Shown piece after piece: positions 1-9,985 of a stretch of DNA of 64,000 nt (position 1 is its first letter; each line of letters starts with the position of its first letter). A program made the position numbers and the translations under genes. The notes under the pieces are model-generated. The model searched no databases, was not told where the DNA came from, and saw nothing but the letters and a program-made list of their open reading frames with translations. The stretch comes from Felis catus. Its lineage: Eukaryota. The stretch is taken from contig NC_058382.1 of the NCBI RefSeq assembly GCF_018350175.1, forward strand, positions 53,632,001 to 53,696,000, written 5' to 3'.

Positions 1-1874
1 TGAAATGAGAGGCTTTTGAGGCTCTTGGTGTCACTGCACATCGCACACTGAGGGCAGCTGTGGTTGTCATTCTTGCTGCTGGTTTACTTGTTGGGTGAGC
101 ATGAACATTTGATCATATCCCCACTAAATGTGGGTGCTCTCAAGAAAAAAAAAAATATATATATATATATATTTTCAAGGAAAAACGTTCTAAGTGAGAA
201 TTCATGGTTCTCACTTTGAATTCTGTTTCCTCGAGGATGGCTTTTCCAGCATCATGCGAGAAGGCGCCTATTCTCCGGGACCCAATTTCCCAAACGCAAG
301 GAAAAGTCAAACGAAGCCCGCTACGTGCACAGGGTGCTGAGAAGCGGAGATTCCCACGCAGAACACAGGCAATTTCATGCACAGAATGGATATTTTGCTC
401 TGTTTGCTGAGCTGAAACCAAGGTGCACGCTGGAGGCCTGACAGTTCCCAGCTGTAGCAGCACAAACGTGCGGTTCTAAGACTTAAAAACTGTTTTGAAA
501 GATTTGCTTAGTTTTCCAAAAAGAATTGTCAGGTCCCAGCCAGTGGGAGGCTGGCTGCTGAGGTGGGGAAGGAACGAAAAAGGTAAGTAAGCATCAGAAT
601 CCAAATATCCTCTTCACATTAGTGCGGGGCAGATTTGGGGGCGCGGGGCCGGACTTAACGCTGCGGCTGAAACACGCCGTGAGCCCGTCTGACAAGGCGA
701 GGCTGAAAACCAGAAATAGCAGGAATTGATTAAAGACGTTCACTCTCGCATCCAGTTCGCCAAGAAGAGCTTAGGACCCTAAGGATCGGTGCTGGGGATC
801 GGAGACAGACGCTCCAATCATTCTTCTTAAAAGGAGGGAAACACAGAGCAAAAACCTTTGTGATAACTTGAGGCAACTGGTTTTCATTTCTGGTCTTAGG
901 GAGTAGGTGACTCTTCTCCGAGCACCTCTTAGGTTTTGCACCAGGTGACAGAGGGGGAACTTCCCGTCGGAGTGACCTCGCTAAGTAAATGTGGCCAAGG
1001 TCTGACCTGAATCGCACACCCAGACAGGTGGCTGTGACATCTCTGGCCAAGAACAATGTGAGCCACCCTGGAATATTTTGCTGTTGTGGTTGCTATAAAT
1101 TGGTTTTTGCCGTGAAGAAGATGGTAAAACAAACTCTCAAAACAGCTGGTTCAAAAGATGGGGTGGTCTAGCTAGATAAAGGGCAGGGGTCTGCAGGGAG
1201 CACAATGGGGTTGGGGTGGGGCACAGGGGAAGGGGTCTGGGGTGGGGGACAGAGCTGTGGCACAGCGATCCCACTCCAGGAGGAGAATTTAGGGTCTGGT
1301 GAAACCCCCTACTCCTTTCCCGCATGTGTGGAAATTACACACCTATCAGCAGCTCTTAGTGGCTTTTCCTTAGGTCAAATACAATGTTGGTGTTTTGTCC
1401 CATTTAAAGCAATTTACAAAACGCAACCGTACAAGGATATACACACAAATCGAACATGAGTGCCCTTTTGCATCTGTGGTGCCTAAAGCTAGCAGCGGAT
1501 TAGCTCTAGGACCCTGGTGGCACCTCCACACGGCAGGGCTCCTGGGGTGAGGCCATCAGAAAGAACCAGGAGCCCCTCAGACTCTAAGGCAAGAGGATGC
1601 CCATGATCTCTTACTGTGGGCGAAGGCCAGTGCGGAACTGGATCGCACATGCCTGCTAAAAATCTCTCCTGCAAAGGGGAGCAGAAGCCTTCTCTCTTAT
1701 TTCACACATTTCTGCACTATCTTCATTACCAAAAAAAAAAAAAAAATCAGTAACTAATATTTCTCCAATGGAAAAAAAATATGATGAAAGCAATCTCTTG
1801 GATTGTTGTTAAAGGTGTGTTTTTCCAATATGAAAGTACGTGTTTTGGCAAGGAATTTAAAAGGGACACCTTCT

Positions 1875-2095
1875 GGGGCGCCTGGGTGGCTCAGTCGGTT
1901 GGGTGTCCGACTTCGGCTCAGGTCATGATCTCGCGGTCTGTGAGTTCGAGCCCCGCGTCGGGCTCTGTGCTGATCGCTCGGAGCCCGGAGCCTGTTTCAA
2001 ATTCTGTGTCTCCCTCTCTCTCTCTCTGACCTTCCCCCATTCATGCTCTGTCTCTCTCTGTCTCAAAAATAAATAAACGTTAAAAAAATTTTTTT
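1875..2095 (+). mobile_element. Feline Can-SINE (SINEC_Fc-type)
   Basis: GGGGCGCCTGGGTGGCTCAGTCGGTT head (A-box), GTTCGAGCCC B-box, (CT)n tract, AATAAA/A-rich tail; TSD core GGACACCTTCT at 1864-1874 and 2100-2110. Confidence 0.96.
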
Positions 2096-2479
2096 AAATG
2101 GACACCTTCTGCTGTGGCCCTAAACTGCTTGAGGGGGAGGGGGAGACTGCTTCCTCTTTAGGAGCAGGGTTGTAGTTTGGTTTTCTGGGGTTCTGCTGTT
2201 TTTTGGGCGATTATCCTTTTCCTCCATTCTTTCAGAGAAAGAGAGAATTTGCAGCTTTGCCGGGAGGCCCAGAGGGGTCTTGCCCAAGATCATATTTGTT
2301 GGAAGCAGCAGAACCAATCCTCCAGTTAACACGGTCTGACCCCAAATCCCGAGACAGGCAAGGGCCCAGAGCTAGTCCCGTCCATTTATATCTCTAAAAT
2401 GGAGGTCACATTGGCTGGAAAAATTGGTAGCCGTTCATTTTCTCTGAAGAGTGCAAGTTCAAAAATCATACTCTGTGGT

Positions 2480-2680
2480 TTTAGACTGTTCCCTAGCTGT
2501 TCGACTTTGGAAAAGTTGCCTCACATCTCTGTGCTTCAGTGTTCTCCACTATAAAACAGGGACAACAATTAAATTTACCCCTCAGGGTTACTGCGGCATT
2601 ACAGGAACTAATATTTGTAGAGTAGGACAGGTGGTTTCTGGTATATAGTAAGAATCTAATAAACGCCGACTGTATTTATT
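2480..2680 (+). mobile_element. MIR fragment
   Basis: MIR core-like CTCTGTGCTTCAGTGTTCTCCACTATAAAACAGGGA followed by MIR 3' region. Confidence 0.7.
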
Positions 2681-2714
2681 AAAAATAAACTTATTTTTGA
2701 ACCTTTGGCATATC

Positions 2715-2840
2715 AGATACCTCAGTTTTCTCATCTATAAAATGGGGACAGTAACACCAATTTCTCGGGGGTCTTATGACAATTAAATGAGATAATATAT
2801 GTAAAGTGCTTGGTATTAGGTAGAAGCTTAAATAATGTCA
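2715..2840 (+). mobile_element. MIR fragment
   Basis: CCTCAGTTTTCTCATCTATAAAATGGGGA...ATTAAATGAGATAATATATGTAAAGTGCTT, close to the MIR core consensus. Confidence 0.85.
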
Positions 2841-3322
2841 GCTCATTTTCCTATCTGATTTTCCTCACCGGATGACCCTCACAATGCAGGGGTGATGACA
2901 TTTCTGTGAACTGGCTGTTGGCATTTATGAGGAAAGGGTGCTCCTATTGGCTAGGGGTGACCTGGAGAATTATTTATGAGTCTGACAAACAGAGCAGCAA
3001 AGGAAGATGCCCAACATTCCTATAACCAAATATTCCTGTGCCCTGAAGCATAAAGGATGAAGTGGAATAGGGCATTCAAAGAGCATTCTGGAAGCCCCTG
3101 GGAAACCATGAGGGCAGCAGATGGGGGGAAGCAAGTTAGCATTTCACAGACTGAAGGAAATCCTCCCAGACCCGGTGGAAGAAACTTTGCTAATCCAACA
3201 TACAACCACACAGAAAATGCAGGCGTGTTTACCACAGGGGACAACGAACACCGGTCCTTCACTGCTAGGAATGGCCTTGATGGGTAAGAAATACATTCAG
3301 GAAAATCAAAACTCCCTTAACC

Positions 3323-3559
3323 GGGGCGCCTGGGTGGCGCAGTCGGTTAAGCGTCCGACTTCAGCCAGGTCACGATCTCGCGCTCCGTGAGTTCGAGCCC
3401 CGCGTCGGGCTCTGGGCTGATGGCTCAGAGCCTGGAGCCTGTTTCCGATTCTGTGTCTCCCTCTCTTTCTGCCCCTCCCCCATTCATGCTCTGTCTCTCT
3501 CTGTCCCAAAAATAAATAAACGTTGAAAAAAAAAAATTAAAAAAAAAAAAAAAAAAAAA
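3323..3559 (+). mobile_element. Young feline SINE (SINEC_Fc)
   Basis: Full head with intact CpGs, long A tail, perfect 15-bp TSD AAAACTCCCTTAACC at 3308-3322 and 3560-3574. Confidence 0.97.
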
Positions 3560-3798
3560 AAAACTCCCTTAACCATAACTGTAAAACTTAGACCTTTCGA
3601 CATGAATATCCCTGTGTCCTTTACACCTTTGGGGAGGAAATAATGCAATATATGTTAAAGGGCAAAAAAAAAAAAAAAAAAAAAAAATCATCCAATTCCT
3701 CAGTGAAAATACAATCTGGGGCAATTGTTTCCCATTTAAACCACATTTGCATTGATTGAAGTGAGTGATAACTGTGGTATTGTGCTATTTCTAGAATT

Positions 3799-4036
3799 TT
3801 TTTTTTTAGTGTTTATTTATCTTTGAGAGTGAGAGAGAGGGAGAGTGAGGGAGAGAGAGAAAAAGAGCACTAGCGGGGAAAGGGCAGAGAGAGAGAGGGA
3901 GACACAGAATCTGAAGCAGGCTCCAGGCTCTGAGCTGTCAGCACAGAGCCCGATGCGGGACTCGAACTCACAAACTGTGAGATCACGTCCTGAGCCAAAG
4001 TGGGAGGCTTAACTGACTAAGCCACCCTGGTGCCCC
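3799..4036 (-). mobile_element. Feline Can-SINE, antisense
   Basis: T tract, (GA)n, reverse-complement SINE body ending GCCACCCTGGTGCCCC; TSD TCTAGAATT at 3790-3798 and 4037-4045. Confidence 0.95.
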
Positions 4037-4182
4037 TCTAGAATTCTTGATTTCATCGTTCCCTGATGTTTAGTTTTTCAAACCCCTCCACCCCTCTGGT
4101 ATTTTTTGACCCAGCATATAAAACCGTATTTTAGGGGAAACGCACTTAGCCATGCTGAACAATATATTTTTCTTACTGAAAA

Positions 4183-4432
4183 GGCAACAGGGCAGAGTGG
4201 TTGAGAGTCTAGGGCTAGCACTGGCTTTGGTTCCTGGCTCAGTCGTGTACTAGCTATGTGACCTGAGCAGGTTTCCTGCCCTGTCTGTGCTTTTGGTTTC
4301 TCCTCTGCAAAATGGGGATAACAGTGTTTTTTCCTCCTGGGTGTCTTATGAGCATCGAATACGACAATGTCTGAAACGTGCTCAGCAGAGTACTTGGTAT
4401 ACTGGATGTGCTCAAGGTACGATAATTATTAT
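4183..4432 (+). mobile_element. MIR, near full length
   Basis: GAGTGGTTGAGAG head, TAGCTATGTGACCTGAGCAGGT, TTTCTCCTCTGCAAAATGGGGATAA core, ATTATTATT tail. Confidence 0.85.
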
Positions 4433-4574
4433 TTTTAGCATTGTGACTCGATCCTTGTTCCGTGACCCTAACGATTCTCTTGTGACGAAACGGGGAGGTA
4501 TCTTACCTGCATTATCAGCTCTGCAATTAATTTGGCTATTTCTCTGTTGTCTGGTTATGGGTCTTAGTGGGACT

Positions 4575-4700
4575 TTGTGACTCAGTCCCCCATCTGTAAA
4601 ATTGCAGCTAATCACACCTTGCACGAGTTTCGAGGGGATTAAATGAGGTAATGTCTGTGGAATGCCTGGCCCAGAGTAAGTACTCAGCAAATGATAGTGT
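4575..4700 (+). mobile_element. MIR fragment
   Basis: CTCAGTCCCCCATCTGTAAAA...GGATTAAATGAGGTAATG...GCCTGGCCCAGAGTAAGTACTCAGCAAATG. Confidence 0.75.
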
Positions 4701-5559
4701 CATGATTCCTTCTTTCTAAAATACTCAGCATTTTACTCCTAGGCAAGAACACCCCATTTACAAGCACTCTTATTTTAGCTTGTTTTTATTTACTTTATGA
4801 CTAGTGAATTCAAAAAACTTGATTGATGTTGTAGAAAGCATGTGAGGCGATCAAATAAAGTTCTGAAACAAATGTTCATTTTGGTGCCTTCATTTGTGAT
4901 GCAGGTGTACAGGTGTTTGCAGGTTTTATTATTTTTTTTAATTTTATTTGCCTCATTTTACTTATAAGCTCAAATGCGTCCCTAGAATACCTTCTTGAAA
5001 GTAAGAAAATAAATCCACATGCAAGCAAACCTTATCTCTGTTTTTCACTGCTAAAACTGTAGCACGGGTACTTTATATACATCAGCTGCCCAATTAAAGT
5101 TTGTTGAATAAACAAAATGACCTAGGAAATTCCCTTGTATTACGTCAAGTTTCTGTCTCTCCACTTTTCTGGCCTTCACAGCTCCATGTTATTGGGGAGC
5201 GGGGTATTCCTGCTGGCGTCTGGAAGAGACACAGGGGTAGCCAACAAGTAAGGTGTAGCCAGCGATAAAGCTGCCAAGGGGTAAGGCTGATGATCCACAA
5301 TTGCGGGACTTAGCGACAGCTCTGCCTGTGTGACCTTGGGCAAATCACTCTCCCTCTCTGAACTTAAGGTTCTTCATCTGAAAAGTGAAGGGCCGGATTC
5401 AGTTACGTCACTGCACCGCCTCCTTTTCTCTGCTGATGGAGAGCTGGCACAGCGTGACCCGAGGGGGACTCAGAGCCAGCCTTCACTTTGGAATTTGGGG
5501 CTGCGGGCAGGGGCAGACAGACCTTTGGGTGAAATCACCTTTTGCAATTACCAGCTGTA

Positions 5560-5705
5560 CAAATGAGGACAGACTTCCCGACCTTTTGAAGCCTCAGTTA
5601 TCCTCATCCGCAAACAGGAATAATCACACGTCTTCCAAGAGCCGTTGCAAGCGGCCCTCAGGAACTGAGCTCGGGGCTGAGCACGAAGCGAGCACTTGAT
5701 ACGGG
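5560..5705 (+). mobile_element. MIR fragment (CpG-rich)
   Basis: GCCTCAGTTATCCTCATCCGCAAACAGGAATAAT core; a further MIR piece at ~5320-5385 (TGTGTGACCTTGGGCAAATCACT). Confidence 0.6.
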
Positions 5706-6964
5706 GCGCCCATCACTGCGCGTCTGCTTCTCTCCTGGCCGGGCCCCTCTGTACGGCCGCTAACAGCCGCTGCTCCTCCCTGCAATCTTCTCCTGGGCTA
5801 ATTATGAGCAACCTCCAGGAGGGACAATGCTGATGAAGCCAATAATATGAATTCGGTGTTTTCGGAATGTGCCATCAGGTCACTCGGTGCACACTGGCCC
5901 TTCTCCATGTGCTGCGGAGATACGGCATTTGATTACCAGTATGGAGATCGGTTCCTTCCTCTCTCAAAGCCAGCCTTATTGATCTCCTTATTCTAATGGG
6001 GGCAGGGAAGGAAGGAGAAATGGGGAAATGTTAGCAGAGGAGGTGGGTGGGTCCCCTTGTCCTCACCCGCAGAAGCAGTGGCTGGAGAAAAGACGGGAAG
6101 GAAACCAGGATCGACTGGAGCTTCTGCGTTTTGATCCCTCTCTTCCAATCAGTTCCTAGCAGGTAGCCATTTTTTATGCCCCTCTTATCTCCCTTGATCA
6201 GAGGTCAGGCCTGTTTGCAGGGCAAAGATTAGAGAAGTGGCAGATAAGCGGCTGATATTGCTGGTAATAAATGAATGTGAGCCTCAGGCCTGGTGTAATT
6301 AAAAATGTATAACCTCACATCTTATTCCCCCTTGGAAGTTTACAATCATCCTTTGGAATCCTTTTTGAACTGCCGTCCAACTTGCTTTTTAGTCATCTGT
6401 GCTGATAAGGAAAGGGAAGGAAACTCGGGATCCAACAGAACTCACCCCCTCTGCGCACAATCAAACCTCCCGTTGCAGGTTGGGCGGCGCGTAAACCTTC
6501 TCCTTGGCGTCTGCGGGGCCACCAGGAAGAGGAAGATGTCACGGTCACCCTCCTATCTACCTCTGCAGTTCTCAAGCTGTGAGTCGAGTCCTGCTAACTC
6601 GAACATCGCCAGGCCTGGCACAGGAAGGGGGCTGAGCCCACCCACCCAGCCGGGGGTCAGCTTCAAACAGGGAGTCATCAGTGCCCGGGCCAGGCTGCCA
6701 TCAGCAGTGCAGAACCAGCGTTTCCTCCAGCGCTGGAGGAAGTGTACCCCATGGTACCTACAAACGCCACCACTGTGTGCCCTTCGGGGTCTGCAAGGCT
6801 GCCATACAAGGAGATACGCCGAATGTGGCCACGTCTCGCCCAAGCTGAAGGACTGTCAGGATTCCAGCAAAGGAAAAGCTTCCCCTTGAGGGCCTAGGGC
6901 GGCGGTGGGGGGAGGAGAGAGAACTGGCCAGGCAGTGTCTTAGCTTCCCTGAAACGCGTGGTTT

Positions 6965-7070
6965 CGCTCAATCTTGGCCACAGTGGTGTGAACGAGATAG
7001 TTGCCCCCATTTTACAGATGAGGAAACTGAAGCTGCTACAAGTGCCTGGCTCTGGGTCTTGCTCCCAAGG
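6965..7070 (-). mobile_element. MIR fragment
   Basis: CCCCATTTTACAGATGAGGAAACTGAAG is the reverse-complement MIR core. Confidence 0.8.
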
Positions 7071-8084
7071 AGAGGAGCCCAGCTCTGCTCTGGCTTCTGC
7101 CCAGCCCCCTCCCCCTCTTCCCTTTCGGCAGTCCCACAGGGGCAAGAGGGCTGGGGCTGCTGCTGGGGCTGTCCCGGCCAGCGAGCTACTCTCCTCCTGG
7201 CCGAGTTTCCGGAGGAGATGACAGTCTTGGGCGGTGGCTCTGGCCTCCACGACGAAAGCCCCCACCTTGCCTTTCCAAGAAATTATATCGGAACGAGTGA
7301 TAGAGTAGCTTCCTCCTGGTGGTAAGAGCGCTCGGCACCGAAGGGGTTACCAACCATTTTGTTCAACCAGACTATTTACAAGTAGTAACAGAGTATCTGT
7401 TTCCTGTCATCTCCATCATATATCTTAAGGCAGAGAGATTGGAAGCCCATTACGGTCTGATATCTAATCAATACACACCGTATTCCTACAGCAGGAAGTA
7501 AAAGAATAGGCCCTTGGGAACCAGAGTTCAAATTACTCTACTGTCGATTCCAGATAGCGGCTAATGATAGGCTGGGCTAGGGTGGGGGAGGGGCGCGCGG
7601 GGTGGGGGGATGAGAAGGGACCGTAGTTCGATGGGACAGTTAATTCAGCGATCAGATACGTATTCACATTTGCCTCGTTTTAACACTACATGTAGACCCT
7701 CCAAAGAAGGAAAGATGGGCATGTCAGTGTCACGCGCTTCCTTTCTGGCTTGCAAAAGCCACTTGCTTTCCTTTGTGCGGCGCCAAAATGTAGTTTAGAC
7801 ACACACATGCGTCACACAGAAGTTAGGTATGTTCGCGTATCAACCTGTATAACTGGATACACATTCCTATTGTACTGAAAGCAGTTAAATCTATGTACAT
7901 TTTTAATTTCATGGGCATTTGCCGAGCGCCCAGGCTCCTGTACGCGGTGTTGACGCCCCGCACGCAGCTCCCAGCAAGCCCCCCGCGGTGCTGAGCTCAC
8001 GGTACCCACGTGTTAGCGGGGAAGAAGCCCCCGCGTGGTCGGTGTTCAAGGCAGGTTCCTGTGACCAAGGAGAGTGTAGCGAGA

Positions 8085-8320
8085 GTGGTCATTTAGTGAA
8101 CGCAGAAGAGGGCCGGAGTCACTGAGTCCTGCCTCTCACCAGCTAGCTTTGTGACCCTCTGGAAGTTCCACAAACTCTCTGAGCTTCAACGACTCCACCT
8201 GTAAAATGGAATTACCGCGACTCATCTCCTGGGTTAGTGTCAGGATAAAATACGGTAAGAACGTGAGTGTTTTCATCTCAGCACCCGGCCGATAGCCATC
8301 CGTCCAAACGACCCAGCTGC
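8085..8320 (+). mobile_element. MIR
   Basis: GAGTCCTGCCTCTCACCAGCTAGCTTTGTGACC...CTCTCTGAGCTTCAAC...CCTGTAAAATGGAAT. Confidence 0.7.
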
Positions 8321-8401
8321 CTGTCGTTTGCACGAAGCCAGGGAGCACCTGCACGCTGCGGAAGAGAACCTGGCCGTGGGGCAGTGGGTGGGCATTCACG
8401 G

Positions 8402-8447
8402 AGCCCCGCCCCCCGCCGTCTCCACTCGGTGAGGCTGGGGCGGGGCT
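8402..8447. promoter_or_regulatory. Pair of inverted GC boxes (Sp/KLF-type)
   Basis: AGCCCCGCCCC at 8402-8412 and GGGGCGGGGCT at 8437-8447 are exact reverse complements, in CpG-rich context. Confidence 0.4.
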
Positions 8448-8477
8448 TCTGCGCTCTTCTCCACCTGCAGCTGGGAC

Positions 8478-8496
8478 CTGCCACTAGGGGGCGCTA
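8478..8496 (+). promoter_or_regulatory. CTCF binding motif (near consensus)
   Basis: CTGCCACTAGGGGGCGCTA matches the core CCASYAGRKGGCRSY at all positions. Confidence 0.7.
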
Positions 8497-9679
8497 GAGC
8501 CCCCTCCCCGCGGGGCACCGGCAGGAGAATCCGGGGGGGCCACCTTTTCCTCTCGTGTATTTCATCCCTGCAGCAGCTGTTGACTCCAGTCTCCAGCACT
8601 TTGAGAACCCCAACAAGCAGCTTCGTTGCGCCTCCTCGTGGAGCACGAACACCAACAGACTTGTGGGTCTTAGCACCCGCCCCCCGAGCCCCAGTTGGGA
8701 ATCGACTGCTCCTACACCAGGCCCAGTCTCCGAGCGCCTGGATTCTGACATCCCCAACATCTACCACTCCGGCCCCAGCCCCGGGTGCGGTAGGCACCTC
8801 CTGTAGGTATTACCGCTGCGTGACCTCAGCGTGCCTGTTTCCGCCTGTTGAGAGTTCTTCATTGGATTCTTCAGCTGAAACAACGCGGTTTGTGTGTTTT
8901 CGGGATCGGGCCTTTGCTGATGCAAGCGGTGAGGGCCCAAGGCGGTTATCGCTTTTCAGGGGAACTTTATGGTTTCTCTTCCTCGGTCTGAGAGCAGCGT
9001 GCTTCTTCCCAGAGGACTTGGACCCAAAGGCAAAAATGCGCACGCGCCCACACACATCAGCCACGTGTCCGTCTGGCGCCCTGCATCTTCCAACCACAGG
9101 CTTTCAAACTCAGATTAGAAGCTTCATCCAGTCTGCTGTCTTCCTCACCCTTTCAACAAACCCAAACTCCTAGTCGGAGTAACTGACCAGACAAAACTAT
9201 GCTACGTTGCGGGCTTGGCATCAAGGACCTTTCCATTAGAAATCCGGAGTCTCTGCTCTGCTGGCCAGAAACGGCTTGTAAGAGTGATACGTTATAAAAA
9301 TAATGAAGACGAGATTTGAACTCAAAACTCTTCCTTCCTGTATGCGAGGTTTTGCATTGTCTTTGAAATGGTACAAAAAGCCTTAGCACATATGAGACAG
9401 CCTGGTGCATTAAAATAGGAAACTTTATCCAGCCATATTGAAAACCTCAAGATGTTGGGTGTTGCGTTTCTTTACTTAAATCCTCTGATTTAGCCAAGAA
9501 CAGAGAGCGTGTGGGTTTACTGTCAGTGCTTCCAACACGGAGACATTTAGGACTCCTGCCGGACTTGAATGGAATCATTGCTCAGGGAAGAGTCAGTGTG
9601 TTTATTTCCGTATCCATGCTGCGCCCCCACAGGCGTGCTCTGCACCTAACTTTCCCAGGCCATCTGCAATGCCCTCATC

Positions 9680-9985
9680 TTCCTCTCTGCCTTATTCTGT
9701 GTTGTGCGTTTCCCCTAGAATGCCTTTCCCTTCCCCTCTGCTTACCCAGACTCACCCATCCATTAGGAACCAAAGGTCGCCTTTTAACTGGAATCTTGCA
9801 GGCTCTGACTTTAAGTTAAGATCAATCATATGCTGTCTTGTTTCAGTCTCAAATGATTGCAGGCTTATGTTCTGTGTCTTCCCTACTCTCTAGGAACCCA
9901 GTCCCATTAAGGAAAGGGTCTATGCCTGACATTCTCTTTTGTCCTAAAAGAGCTGAGCACAACATTTCTGTCTGTGGAGTGTTTC
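9680..9985 (+). mobile_element. L2 3' fragment
   Basis: CCCTAGAATGCCTTTCCCTTCCCCTCTGCTTACCCAGACTC... and L2 3'-like CATTAAGGAAAGGGTCTATGCCTGACATTCTCTTTTGTCC. Confidence 0.55.

Noticed and set aside
581..588. Perfect splice donor AG|GTAAGT
   Set aside because: No convincing upstream acceptor or coding exon; an isolated 8-mer is expected by chance
1875..1955. tRNA-like A/B boxes
   Set aside because: These are SINE heads, not tRNA genes; the same applies to the other SINE copies
6305..6889. 194-aa ORF
   Set aside because: No domain or family resemblance; GC-rich sequence is stop-poor
8580..9173. 197-aa ORF and overlapping ORFs
   Set aside because: GC-rich, several frames open, no recognisable protein; overlaps repeat-like fragments
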